Source: Cenococcum geophilum (lineage: Eukaryota). From it: a stretch of DNA of 64,000 nucleotides. Positions 12,421-25,520 of this stretch are shown piece after piece. The translations under genes and the position numbers were made by a program. The notes beneath the pieces are model-generated. The model had not been told where the DNA came from. It searched no databases and saw only the letters and a list, made by a program, of their open reading frames with translations. The stretch lies in contig CP158635.1 in NCBI GenBank assembly GCA_050273025.1, forward strand, positions 24,304,001-24,368,000. The letters run 5' to 3'. How positions within the stretch are numbered: position 1 is the first letter of the stretch; every line of letters begins with the position of its first letter.

Positions 12421-14590
12421 TGGCCTTTTGCCTTTATTAAGTGCTAAAGTAGTTCACTATCCTACTTCTCTTACGTCTTATAAAGCGATAGATATTATAT
12501 CTAGTGGGGTCTTAATCCCTACTAATATTCCCTATTCTATAGTAGAATTATTCTTTACCTCTTTTATAACATTTCTAAGGTCTATATACTTCTAGTAAGC
12601 TGCCTTTATTACCTTATCGTTACTAAATATTTCGCCTATATTAAATTTATTATCTTTAATATCCGATCTATAAGATAGTTTATTAGTTCCTTTAAACTCT
12701 AATAATTTTAGCTCCTATAGTTAATAGCTTACGCCATACTTAGAGTCTTTATAAATTTAGTATATATTATTATAATAAAACGCAAAACTCTTAATTAAAT
12801 ATTCTTTTGTTCCTTATAGTATACTATTATCCCTTTATATATATATATCGTCTACTAGTCTTATTTCCTTTACTACGTAATAACTTTGCCTACTTTTATA
12901 GTCTTTAACGTAATAACCTTATTTTCCGTAATTTATATAAGCTCCTTCTTTAAACCATTTTTCTTGCTATAGAGTCCGCCTAAATATCTTCTACTACTAA
13001 GATTTCTAGTTTAGCCTCTACTCCTTAGACCTTTAGTTATTTAATCCTTATCCTCTAGGTTTCTATAGTTATTTATTCTATTTTTTATTTTCTTTAATAC
13101 TACTTAAGTCTATTAGCTCTGCGCTATACTATAGTTTTTAATTTTAACTTTATTATTACGCGCCTTACGCCTTATACAACTATAGAACTTTATCCTAACC
13201 CTTCTTAGTTTACTCTCTTTAGTAAATCCTATTATTAATCTTAATTGCTTAATTAATTAATTCCCTAAAAATATCCGTATCTTCTATTAAAATCATTACA
13301 TTCTAAACTTTTACCTTAAGTCCTTATTTATACTATACTATAAGCGCTTTATTATTCTATTTAACCTATATTACTAATATTTAAAACTATATTATATATT
13401 TAATTGCTAAAGTCCTTTATACTAGGTTTTAAAGCTTTTATTCCGCTATAGTAGTTGCCTTTAAGTCTTTAAATATTTACGTTAAGCGTTTTATAAATCC
13501 GCTCTAACTTAAAAATATATATTGTACCTCCTAGTTAGTAATTGTTATACTATATTCCTATACCTCTATAAGGTAAGATTTAAACCACTTAAGTACCCTT
13601 CCCGCCAAGAATAATCCTACGTAAGCGACTTAATCTATAAGCGTCCCTAGTTTTACTCCTTCCCGCGTAACCTTAAAGTGCATTTATATAAGGAATCCCT
13701 TAAGTTTTAACTTCTCCCCTAAGAATTGCTTAATTAAGGGTAACTTAACCTTAGCTGCTCCAATTCTATTAATTCTTTCTTTAAATATCTTATTATTATC
13801 TATTAATTAATTAATTAACTATTTCCTATAACTATCTAACGGTAACTAGCTAAAAGTTAGTATCTGCTATACTAGTATCGTTACCTAATCCCGAGGTAGT
13901 TGCTGCCGTTAACGCTATTATGGCTGCTGCTTTTGGTGGTATATTATTTAACTTTATTAATACTATAACCTTAGTAGTGAATATATGACAAAGCCTTATA
14001 GTAGGAACTACGGTAGACTTATTAATAGGCTGGGTATATAGGTAAATAAGAAGTTAACAACGTAATAATAACTAGTGGAGTAGTTGCCTAATAGATTAAC
14101 TCCAATTATATTCTAAGATTTACTATAAAAAAGAGAAACTATTTATAGAGACCGTGTGTCCTTAAATATATAACTCCTCCCTATAGTAAAGGGTTTAGTA
14201 CGTCGGTATATTAGTACGTTAATACGTCGCGTTTCTACGTTCTTATATTCCTACATTTTGAACTTATAACGTAACTAGCTATATAGCTTAGCTACCCCTT
14301 ATCCTATAGCTTAATTAATTCTAGCGCCTTTCGTACTATCTTAACTAACCCATTTTGTAACCGACTACCGACACTGCGTTGAGACACAAGATCACCGCTT
14401 GGAAGGCTCCGAGATGGCGTTAACGCCACCCAATATAGTGGTTGCAGATCAATATTGGTGGCAGATTACCGTTCCCATTTCAGCTATCTATTACCCCATC
14501 ACTTCTACCTTCTTCGTGTATATATAGAGCCTCTAGAGCTACATTCACAATCAAGTCGTTTATTCAATTCTTCGCACTGCAAAGCTTACA

Positions 14591-14604
14591 GTTATGAGCC
14601 CGGA
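14591..14604 (+). promoter_or_regulatory. Copia primer-binding site (internal/half-molecule tRNAi-Met type)
   Basis: gttatgagcccgg directly after the LTR, similar to the GGTTATGGGCCC PBS of Drosophila copia. Confidence 0.7.
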
Positions 14605-14839
14605 TTGCACCACCTGCTGACCAATCAATCTACTACCTCATTTAAGAAGTCACTACTTCTACTACCTTTGCAGTGTCTCGAGCTTCTTCACCTATCAAAC
14701 GAACGGACGATCGACCCCAGTTAACGTACGTACCCGACCGACGAACGAACTGACGAATCAAATTAAAAGTTCGAAACGTCAAAATAAGGTTTTTGCCAAG
14801 ACGCCAATTGGACCCTGCCTGACCTGTTAAATCCTAAAA

Positions 14840-17800
14840 ATGACGACTATGAGCGAATCGAAAGTTAACCTGATCCTTAACCAGCCTTCTGATTGGACAC
14901 AGTGGTTCTTTATTATCTAAGACACTGCTAAAACTAACGAGGTATAGGAGCACATTGACCCATCCAAAAAAGGCGAGTGTCTAAAGCTAGCACAACCAAG
15001 TCGTCCTATACTAAGGGATATACTACCTACGGCTATATCGATAGCAAAGCTAGACCTAAGTTAGCTTACCGCCTATAACTAGCTCTATGCTGAATATAAA
15101 GACGATCTTTGTATATACGAGAAGCAAAAACGGGCTATAAACGATATTAGTAACTATATCGTTTGCACTATATCGGTAGCCTACCTTTTACTTATCGACG
15201 ACCTTAATACAGTACACGAACGGCTTTAAGCACTTAAGACTGCACTAGCCCCTACTACCTTAGGTTGAAAACGAGACGTCCTAAATTAGTATATGGCTTT
15301 AAAAGTCTATAATAAAAAGCAGAGCATTGATAAATGGTTAAATAACTGGCGGAATGTCTACAAGCTTGCGGAGTAATTAAAGCTACTAGATGTATAAGGA
15401 TTTAGGCCACACTATGACTTTGTTTAAGCTATCAAATCTATCTCTTCTAGTTTTATAGGAGCACTAGAAGTAGACCTCATTAGAAAAGAATGGAAGGATA
15501 AAGAGGCCCTATCTATTATCGATCTAATTGAGGAATTTAAGGAGCACTACTGCATGCAGCAAGCAGTATCCTTGGCTACCCCTACTAATAACTCTGCTTT
15601 TACAACCCTAGGTAATTTTAATTTAGATTCTAATAACAATTCTAATTTAGATTTAAAATGGAATAAGGAATGTATATACGGCTTCAAACATCGATTCAGC
15701 AGCTACTACTACATTGTTGAGTAGAAGCGCCCTTAAGGATGGAAACCAAACCCAGACATCTAAAAGAAAGTAGAAGAAGCAATCTTATCTACGCCTTGGA
15801 TTAAACGCATTGTTAACCTTATCTTAAAAAAAGAATAGGAAGCAAAGAAGAATATAGAATCTATAATTGATTTTAATTCCAAAACCCTACCTTCTAAAAC
15901 CCCGACTAGCTATGCTGCTGTGTTTAGTACTAGTTAAACTCCATTTAAACTCCAGAACACCTAAATACTCGACCCTAGTATAGATACCCACGTCTGTAAC
16001 AACTAAGAAGACTTTACCTTTTCCTACCTAGCTGCAGAAGACGACTACCTAATTGCTGGTGGAAATTGTGAAAAGATATAGGCTTATGGAACAGTAACGA
16101 TTACTGTTGATATACCTACTGGGAGCTTAAAAATGAAGCTATCCTATGTAGCATTGGTACCTACCATGTTTATAAATATTATAGCACTATTAAGGGCTAT
16201 AGATAACGATATCCATTTTGACTTAGGACGAAACTTACTATACCGTCTAGTAACTGGCGAAACAGTATGCTATGCGAAACGACTAGGGGGCCACTAGGCA
16301 CTAATGTATAGAGAGCCTACCCTAGATTTAACAACTCAATCGACCTTCTTAATAAGAAGACATTAACTAAGTAGAATGGCCTATAAATTAATCGGAGCTA
16401 TAGCTACAAAATGGTATAAAATACTTGGCCATGCAGGACCTAACGCTATTAAATAGCTTCCTAAGTACGTTAATAGCGCAGAGCTTAAAGAGCTAATTGA
16501 CAAACAAGCACCGCTTAAAATTGAATGCGAAGTCTGCTTAATATTAAAGCACATATAGCAGATCTCTTAAAGACGAGAACATGAATTTCTAGCCACTCGA
16601 CCATTTGAGCGGGTAGTATTTGATATTATTACCCTTAGAGAACTAGGGTACAACGGCGATAGATACGTAATGCACTTCTATTGCACGTATTCCAAATTTA
16701 ATTTTGTATTTACCGCCAAGAATAAGGATAAAGCTACCGTCCTACCTACTATCCGTAAGACCCACCGTTTAATTAAAATATAATTCCACTAAGACGTGAT
16801 CTTCTTCTAGAGCGACGACGAACGAGTTTTTAGATAAATAGGAGATACCTTACATATATGGTGCGCAGACGAAGGTATTACTTTTGAATGCCGAGCCCCG
16901 TATACAGAAGAACAAAATGGTGGAGCTGAATGATCTGGACGAACCCTTATGGATTGATTAAGGGCTATGCAGCTAGAAGCATCCTTACCCCTGTCTTTAG
17001 GACCAGAGGCGTTCCTTGCCGTAGGATACGCACTCAATCGAACCCTAAATGAGCAACTAGGATGGAAAACTCCGTATGAGATCGCCTACGGCAAGCCGCC
17101 ATCACTTACCTATATGCATGTATACGGCTGCAAAACCTATATACTGGACAAACGAATTAAAAGGGGAGATAAACTAGCTCCTCGTGTATTAATTGGACAC
17201 CTAGTCGGCTACGATTTAACTAATATCTATTGAATCTGGATTCCGAGTCTCCGCAAGGTCATTTGAACTAGAGACGTCACATTTGACGAGACTTTGTTCT
17301 ATGACCCTAAGGGTTAAGACATCGACTACCTGCTAAGGGAAGTATTAGAAGACACCCTCTAGACGATTAGTCTACTAGAACCTCTACATGAGGACGAATC
17401 TGAGGACGAATTAATCCTATATATAGTCAATCTGGACCCTTAAAGATCTACCTCAGGTGTAGATTAAACGACTATATCTAAATCGAATGATTTAGCAAAG
17501 CTTCGTACGAAGGATACTGAGCAGTTACCGACACCTAGCAGAACGGTATCTCTAGATTTACCAGAATCGAACACCTCACTACAAGGACTTTAAGACGACA
17601 TCCTAGATACAATTAAAATAATTCTAACCCAGCCAAGCTCTCCAGAACTATCTAATAGAGCAATTAATACAGCTCTATGAGCTAACGAAGTCTCGGCTAA
17701 ACCTTCTGCTAACCTTATCCTACTAGAAGGATTAAAACGAATTCGACGTTAAGCGCATGCAGCAGCACTAACTAATCTATCTACCCTATTTGGTTACTAC

Positions 17801-19460
17801 GCTGGATTTGCTATAGGACTAGTAAAGGACATCAACCGAACTAGATCCTTATCTCTATATCGGGATAACCTTCCTCCTAAACCAAAGAATCTTAAAGATC
17901 TGAGAAAGCATCCTTTGACTACTGGCTTTCAAAAGGCCATGGAAAAAGAATATAACGACCTAAAACGCTGAGGGACATTTAAGACTGTACTGAAAGCAGA
18001 AGCAGGTAACGAGCAGATCCTTCTACTAAAATAGGTCTTTAAATATAAGCTCGATAGTGATGGCTACCTACAGAAGCTTAAAGCTAGACTATGCGTCCGC
18101 GGAGACTTGCAGATTATAGAGGAAGAGACCTATGCAGCAACCCTAGCTGCTCGAATATTCCGTGCTCTTATAGCTATAGCAGCCACATTCGACCTAGAAA
18201 TTTGACAGTATAACGCTGTAAACGTATTTACAAATGCCAAGCTTAGTAAACCAATCTACTGCTACTGCCTAGAAGGTTTTAATTAAAACGGATATATCCT
18301 AAAGCTACTTATAGCGCTATATAGATTAAAAATCTCACCACTACTTTGGTATAAAGAGCTTACTAATACACTGGCTAAATTTAGATTAGAATTAGTACTA
18401 GGCACTAACTGCCTATTTACCGATAAACGACTTATTGTCTTCTTCTATGTAGACGATATAGCCGTCCTATTTACTAAGAAGGACCTTTTAAGACTTGAAG
18501 AATTTGAAGCAAAATTGCTGCACCGATACGAAATCCGTGCACTAGGAGACCTACAGTGGTTCCTAGGTATTTAAATCAGTCGAGATCGAGTAAGTAGGAA
18601 GCTCTGGCTTTGCCAAGACTCCTATATCAAAAAGATAGCCAATCGATTTAATATTTAACCACCAGAAAGATTTCCTAAGTTACCACTTCCTGCCGAAGAA
18701 CTAATTCCGTCCGACTAGTAGACAAACCCTTAAAGAACCCTAGCCTACCAGCAATGAGTAGGGTCACTTATACACCTTGCCGTATTTAGAAGACCTAATA
18801 TTACTAAGACGCATTCTAAGCTGACCGAATTTCTTACTAATCCAAATTAACAATACCTTGACGCAGCAAACTAAGCTATTGCTTACTGTCTTAGAACAAA
18901 ATCTACAGCTATTAAATACTCTGGCGAAGTATTTGAAGCCTATATCTACTTTAGAAACCCTAAAGGAGAAGACGTCACCTTTTACGGAGTATCCGACGCA
19001 GCATTTGCAGACCATATAGAAACTAGACGGAGCTCTTAAGGATATCTATTTATCCTATTTAGAGGACTAATCAATTAGAAAGCAACCCTACAGCGATCTA
19101 TTACTCGCTTAACTACTAAAGCAGAGCTTCTCTCCCTATCTACTGCTGCCGTTAAAATTATCTAATGGCAACGATTCTTTAAGGCAATTGGCTTTAATTT
19201 AGAACGCAAATTTACCGTGCTCTGCGACAATATATAGACCGTACAACTCCTAAGACAGGATACACCAAAGCTTGACACTAAGCTTCGACATATCAACGTC
19301 TACTAGCACTGGCTGAGATAGGAAGTCCAAGATAAAAAGATCAACGTCCAATGGGTCCCTATAGACAAGATGCCTGCCAACGGCCTTACTAAGATCTTAC
19401 CCCGTCAAAAGCACGAGGCATGGATAAAGCAATTAAATTTGGTGGATATTTGACATTAGA
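14840..19460 (+). pseudogene. Copia gag-pol polyprotein with multiple premature stops
   Basis: WH.ILGHAG and CEVC (IN zinc finger), PYTEEQNGGAE(R)S, WVFKYKLDSDG...KARLCVRGD, FFYVDDI, RRSS.GYLF, KLRHI.V. Confidence 0.93.
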
Positions 19461-20383
19461 TCAATTAATTCCATTCACAATATCCGCAATATTTGTAATA
19501 TTCGCAATATGCTATTCTTACCCTATCCGTTTACTACTCTTAAATTGTATCTAAATTTCCTATTTTGGTATAGCTTCTGCCCTCATTTTATGTTCTACAG
19601 CTTTAACTACACCGTTAAATCTGGGGGGGTGTGTAACCGACTACCGACACTGCGTTGAGACACAAGATTACCGCTTGGAAGGCTCCGAGATGGCGTTAAC
19701 GCTACCCAATATAGTGGTTGCAGATCAATATTGGTGGCAGATTACCGTTCCCATTTCAGCTATCTATTACCCCATTACTTCTACCTTCTTCGTGTATATA
19801 TAGAGCCTCTAGAGCTACATTCACAATCAAGTCGTTCATTCAATTCTTCGCACTGCAAAGCTTACACATTTATATCTATTTTTAGTAGTTATACTACTGC
19901 TAATATAAGGTCCGTAATAACTGGTATATATAGCTAGAGGGGACCCCTAAGCCTATTAAGGTAGTTTTAGACTATAAGGCCTTAGAATACTTTATAATAA
20001 CTAAGGCCCTTATAGCCTAGTAGGCGCGCTAAGCGGATACCCTATCTTAGTTTAACTTCTTAATTATATATAGACTAGGCGCTATAAACCGTACGGACGC
20101 TTTTATAAGGCGTAAATAAGACCTAAATAACTAGACGGCTATAAAGATCTTATTACGGACCTAGACGCTACTATACATCAGGATTTTTTTTTTGTGGCAG
20201 GTTGTTGCGGTTTGCCGCAAATTGCGGCAAACTGTACGATCGCGGCGGTCGTATATGGTCGTTAGCGATTTGTACAAACCGCGCATTTCGCAGTAAGTTT
20301 ACAGCGTCTACTAGCAAATTGCGGCAAAATACTTAACTACTAAACTAATACTAGCTTTTTGCTACCCTACAAATATATAGTGT

Positions 20384-20505
20384 GCAAACTGTACAAACTG
20401 TACAAACTGTACGAACTGTACGAACTGTACAAACTGTACGAACTGTACGAACTGTATAAACTGTACGAACTATATAAACTATACAAACTGTAAAAACCGT
20501 ACAAA
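20384..20505. repeat. 9-bp tandem repeat (aaactgtac/gaactgtac)
   Basis: Directly visible, ~13 units; also at ~44930-45055. Confidence 0.95.
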
Positions 20506-20564
20506 TTATATATTCCCATAGATTGCTATAATACACTTTTAAATATATTTATATTATAACTATC

Positions 20565-20865
20565 GTCTACCTATCTATCTGTCTGCCTATCTGCCTGTCT
20601 ACCTGTCTGCCTATCTACCTATCTGCCTGTCTGCCTGTCTACCCGTCTACCCTTCTGCTCGTCTGCCCGTCTGCCCATCTGCCCGTCTACCCGTCTGCCC
20701 GTCTACCCGTCTGCCCGTCTGCTCGTCTGCCCGTCTGCCTGTCTGTCTACCTGTCTGTCTGTCTATCTGCCTATCTGCCTATCTACCTATCTATATATCT
20801 ACCTGCCTGCCTACCTACCTACCTGCCTGTCTATCTGCCTACCTACCTACCTACCTGCCTGCCTA

Positions 20866-20896
<31 letters not shown>

Positions 20897-20990
20897 GTCT
20901 GCCTATATCTACCTGTCTATGCCTACCTGTCTATGCCTATCCGTCTATATCTGCCTACCCGTCTGCATCTACCTACCTATCTGCGTCTGC
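20565..20990. repeat. Compound 4/8-bp microsatellite (tctg/ccta/cccgtctg)
   Basis: Directly visible; also at ~45160-45365. Confidence 0.93.
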
Positions 20991-21109
20991 TTATAGTGTC
21001 TAATTCGATTTAGGGGAGAGGTCGGCCCGATTGAAGGCTCTGGTTTGATTCGATCGATTGATCGAATCATTCAGTGTTCGCTGGCTGGGTCGTTCGAACG
21101 GTTGGCAGT

Positions 21110-21512
21110 CATCTAGCTCTGGCGACGGTCGTCTGGCGACGGCGACGGTCGACGGTCGTTTGGTTCTGGCGACGGTCGACGGTCGTCTGGTTCTGGCGAC
21201 GGTCGACGGTCGTCTGGTTCTGGCGACGGTCGTCTGGCTCCGGCGACGGTCGTCTGGCTCTGACGACGGTCGTCTGGCTCTGACGACGGTCGTCTGGTTC
21301 TGGCGACGGTCGTCTGGTTCTGGCGACGGTCGTCTGGCTCCGGCGACGGTCGTCTGGCTCTGGCGACGGTCGACGGTCGTCTGGTTCTGGCGACGGTCGA
21401 CGGTCGTCTGGTTCTGGCGACGGTCGTCTGGCTCCGGCGACGGTCGTCTGGCTCTGGCGACTGTCGTCTGGCTCTGGCGACGGTCGACGGTCGTCTGGTT
21501 CTGGCGACGGTC
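21110..21512. repeat. ~20-bp GC-rich minisatellite (tctggcgacggtcgtctggc)
   Basis: Directly visible with variant units; also at ~45435-45895. Confidence 0.93.
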
Positions 21513-21649
21513 CTCAGCTGGCTGCCGTTCTGGTGCCTCCCTAGGTAGGGAGGATGTAAGGAAGGAAGGGTAAAAAAATAAGGTGGCTACCTAGGTGTAT
21601 ATGTAGAGGCTATCGGGAATATAGCGGGGACCCGATAGTAATGTGTCAT

Positions 21650-23375
21650 GCGGAGCTTTATGCAGAGCCTCCGTACGCAAAGCTTCGCGCAGAGCCTCGT
21701 GCAGAGCCTCCGTACGTAGAGCTTTGTGTAGAGCTTCGTATAGAGCTTTATAGAGAGCTTTCGTGTAGAGCTTCGTGCAGAGCCTCTGTACGCAGAGCTT
21801 CGTGTAAAGCCTCGTGTAGAGCCTCGTGCAAAGCTTCGTGCAGAGCTTCGTGCAGAGCTTCGTGCAGAGCTTTGCGTAGAGCTTCGCGTAGAGCTTCGTG
21901 CAGAGCCTCGTGTAGGCTTCGAGCAGAGCTTCAAGCAGAGCTTTGTGTAGAGCTTCGAGCAGAGCTTTGTGTAGAGCTTCGAGTGGAGCTTCGTGCAAAG
22001 CTTCGTGTAGAGCTTCGTGTAAAGCTTCGAGCGGAGCTTTGTGTAGAGCTTCGAGCGGAGCTTCGTGTAGAGCTTCGTGCGGAGCTTCGTGCGGAGCTTT
22101 GTGTAGAGCTTCGAGCAGAGCTTCGAGCAGAGCTTCGAGCAGAGCTTTGTGTAGAGCTTCGAGCAGAGCTTTGTGTAGAGCTTCGAGCGGAGCTTCGTGC
22201 AAAGCTTCGTGCAGAACTTCGTGTAAAGCTTCGAGCGGAGCTTTGTGTAGAGCTTCGAGCGGAGCTTCGTGTAGAGCTTCGTGCGGAGCTTCGTGCGGAG
22301 CTTTGTGTAGAGCTTCGAGCAGAGCTTCGAGCAGAGCTTCGAGCAGAGCTTCGAGCAGAGCTTCGAGCAGAGCTTCGAGCAGAGCCTCGAGCAGAGCTTC
22401 GAGCAGAGCTTTGTGTAGAGCTTCGAGCAGAGCTTTGTGTAGAGCTTCGAGCGGAGCTTCGTGCAAAGCTTCGTGTAGAGCTTCGTGTAAAGCTTCGAGC
22501 GGAGCTTTGCGCAGAGCTTCGAGCGGAGCTTCGTGTAGAGCTTCGTGCGGAGCTTCGTGCGGAGCTTCATGCGGAGCTTCGTGCGGAGCTTTGTGTAGAG
22601 CTTCGAGCAGAGCTTTGTGTAGAGCTTCGAGCGGAGCTTCGTGCAAAGCTTCGTGTAGAGCTTCGTGTAAAGCTTCGAGCGGAGCTTTGCGCAGAGCTTC
22701 GAGCGGAGCTTCGTGTAGAGCTTCGTGCGGAGCTTCGTGCGGGGCTTTGTGCAGAGCTTTGAGTAGAGCTTCGTGTAGAGCTTCGTGCGGAGCTTCGTGC
22801 GGAGCTTCATGCGGAGCTTCGTGCGGAGCTTTGTGTAGAGCTTCGAGCAGAGCTTCGTGTAGAGCTTCGAGCAGAGCTTCGTGTAAAGCTTTGTGTAGAG
22901 CTTCGTGTAAAGCTTCGTGTAGAGCTTCGTGTAAAGCTTCGTGTAGAGCTTCGTGTAAAGCTTCGTGCAGAGCTTCGTGTAGAGCTTCGTGCAGAGCTTC
23001 GTGTAGAGCTTCGAGCAGAGCTTCGAGCAGAGCTTCGAGCAGAGCTTCGAGCAGAGCTTTATGTAGAGCTTCGAGCAGAGCTTCGTGTAAAGCTTCGTGT
23101 AGAGCTTCGTGTAGAGCTTCGTGTAGAGCTTCGTGTAGAGCTTCGTGCAGAGCTTCGTGTAGAGCTTCGTGTAGAGCTTCGTGCAGAGCTTCGTGTAGAG
23201 CTTCGTGTAGAGCTTCGAGCAGAGCTTCGAGCAGAGCTTTATGTAGAGCTTCGAGCAGAGCTTCGTGTAAAGCTTTGTGCAGAGCCTCGTGTAGAGCTTC
23301 GTGCAGAGCCTCGTGTAGAGCTTCGTGCAGAGCCTCGTGTAGAGCTTCGTGCAGAGCTTTGTGCAGAGCTTTGTG
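21650..23375. repeat. 12-bp minisatellite (agagcttcgtgc)n, roughly 140 units with higher-order structure
   Basis: Directly visible; the unit has no stop in any frame, which explains the spurious long ORFs. Confidence 0.97.
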
Positions 23376-23382
23376 GTTATAG

Positions 23383-23606
23383 TATTAGGATTTTTTTTTG
23401 GGCGCGTTGTTGCAGCCAAAAATTAGGGTCTGCAAAACCTGCGTAAGCCGCGATTTCAGCAATTTGCAGCAATTTGCACGAGTAGCCTGTGTATTTGTAG
23501 CAAATTGCCGCAAGTTGCCGCAAATCGCTAAAATTGCGACTTACGCAGGTTTTGCAGACCCTGATTTTCGCTTGCGACAACGTGCCCAAAAAAAAATTTC
23601 CTGATG
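23383..23606. repeat. ~224-bp foldback (MITE-like) forming the right end of TIR element copy 1
   Basis: Internal TIR tattaggattttttttttgggcgcgttgttgcag (RIP'd catcagga...) pairs with the terminal TIR over ~95 bp. Confidence 0.85.
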
Positions 23607-25520
23607 TAACTAAAATACCTTAACCCCTAAATACGGGCAGAACTAAATACGAACTCCTTAGGTGCTAAGATATATCCTATTAACTCCTTTAAACTTAACC
23701 TTATTAATAAACTACTATAGGCTAACTAAACGACCCCCTCTCTATAGGAGTATTGTAAAAAGGCAAATAATATTACTAGCCTATAGTTCCTTAAAAACAG
23801 ACTACTTAAGTACTAGAAATAGCTAGTAGTAGCTAAAAAAAATAGAACTTATAGACCTAGCTTATTACTAAAGCTTATATCTAGGTCTCTACAGCCTACC
23901 CTAAAAAAAATAAGACCTATAAGATTATTAGTAACCGCTATATACGGAACTATAATAACTACCACAGATCTATAATTTTATAAGATAAAACCCTAGGACT
24001 ATTAAAGCCACTCCTAATACTAGAACGCCCCTAGTAGTATATCTTTATAGACTTTTATAAACCACCTACGGACCGTAACGGATATAATATAGTTATAATC
24101 CTATTTAACCGCTTTAGTAAGCGCCCGTTCTTAATCCCCTATTATAAAAATATTAATGCTAAAGAGGCGGCCTAACTATATATCTACTATATCTACCAAA
24201 TTTACGGACTACTAGATACTATTATATCCAATTATAGGCCGCAATTTATTTTAGCTTTCTAGAATAAGTTTACCTAGATCTTAGGCATTAAGCTAAAGCT
24301 TTCTATAGTATACTACTCCCAGATAAATAGTTAGACGGAAATTATAAATTAATACTTAGACTAGAGACTTCGGCCCTTTATTAACTACTTCTAAAATAAC
24401 TAGGCCGAATTATTACCCCTAATAACTACGCCTAAGCAACCCTACCTTATAACTTTATAGGATTTGCCCCTATCTAGCTAGAAATAGGCTACTTACCCTA
24501 TATAGGCTTTAACTAGAAAAGACTAAAAAGACCCCAGACTATATGCGAAAAACTATCTTATAAGGAAGCCTAGCAGTACGCTAAGCGCTTAGAAGAAGCC
24601 TAGATAGTAGCCCGTATAAATCTAAAAAAGGCCTAAAAATTAATATAATAGTAGGTAAATAAGTATAGGTAAGAGCCCAACTTTACCATAGGAGATATAG
24701 TCTAGGTTATAATAAAGAACTAAAAGACGGAACGACCTAGCTATAAGCTAGATTATTAAATAGTAGGACTATATAAGGTTTTTAAAAAAATAGGTAACTC
24801 GTATAAAGTAAAGCTCCTAGATTTAATTAAGGTTTACCCTATTTTCTCTTTAGATAAACTATAAAAAGCTATAAATAACCTATTACCTAAATAAAAGAAT
24901 AAACCTCCCCTGCCGATCTAAGTTAATAGTAATAATAAATAGGAAATTAAAGAAATACTAGCCTATAAGCTTGTAAGGGGAACGTTAAAATATTATATTA
25001 GTTAGAAAAGGTACAACCTAGACCCCACTTAGTACCCTATATAGAACTTTATAGGTAGTCCCTATAAGCTTTAAAAGTTCTATAGTTGTTACCCTAATAA
25101 ACCTAGACCCCTAAAGTACCTTAATAAGTAAATAAAGTGCTAGAATAGCGAAGACGATAAGCTGCCTATTAAGTATAAAGATAAGAATACCCTATAGACA
25201 TAATACGGACGTATAAAGCCTAAGGGCAGGCTTTCTTAAAGGGGGGGGGTAATACTATAGCGTTAGTAGAAACTAGTGGATTATAGCTAATAGATATTAG
25301 TAGATTGTAGTAAATAGTCGCAGATAGTCGCAGACAGTTTTATATAGTTTTAGACAATTGCTATTATGTAACTAGAGGATTATATATAACGTTAAGCGGC
25401 GCTACCCTCCGTCTCCTTTCCTTTCTTTAGCTTTAGATCCTCGTTTATAGACAATCCAATTATATAGGCTTGCGCGACCCTTTTGCCGTACTTATACCTC
25501 GATTAACTAAGTTGCTAACA

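Larger units (their letters stand above)
14356..19866 (+). mobile_element. Full-length Ty1/Copia retrotransposon, lightly RIP'd, inserted in the 5' LTR of A2
   Basis: 235-bp LTRs 14356-14590 and 19632-19866 (4 differences seen, all CpA/TpA); TSD cattt; PBS gttatgagcccgg; PPT ggggggg 19623-19629; domain order gag-PR-IN-RT-RH. Confidence 0.97.
2764..19919 (-). mobile_element. Gypsy A-related element A2 (5' LTR, gag, spacer, protease, RT), split by Gypsy B and Copia insertions
   Basis: 2764-3361 and 10281-13983 are the reverse-complement homologue of ~50373-54660. 5' LTR is ~13984-14355 + 19867-19919 (ends tccgtaata = RIP'd tccgtaaca). Confidence 0.88.
20176..23606. mobile_element. Non-autonomous TIR DNA element (CATCAGG termini, TA duplication) loaded with stacked tandem repeats, copy 1
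   Basis: ta|catcaggattttttttttgtggc ... gcccaaaaaaaaatttcctgatg|ta; the host Gypsy C frame is restored by removing the element plus one TA; second copy at 44721-48488. Confidence 0.88.
19920..25520 (+). mobile_element. Gypsy chromovirus family C, 3' part (RNaseH, integrase, chromodomain, PPT, 3' LTR ~25253-25520); host of A2 and of a TIR element, itself inserted in Crypton copy 1
   Basis: De-RIP DHKALEYFMTTKALTARQARWA, TAYHPQ.DGQTE..NQYLDQRLRPF, chromodomain ~24930-25120, G9 PPT 25241-25249, LTR ends gctaaca. Confidence 0.88.

Noticed and set aside
14455..14724. Duplicated ORF MVADYRSHF... (also 19731-19937)
   Set aside because: Chance reading frame in the two Copia LTRs, with a TTG start.
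21587..23419. Long ORFs of 351-610 aa on both strands (LCTK/EALH/RAEL/CRAS repeats)
   Set aside because: They are translations of the 12-bp minisatellite, which has no stop in any frame; several overlapping frames are open at once.
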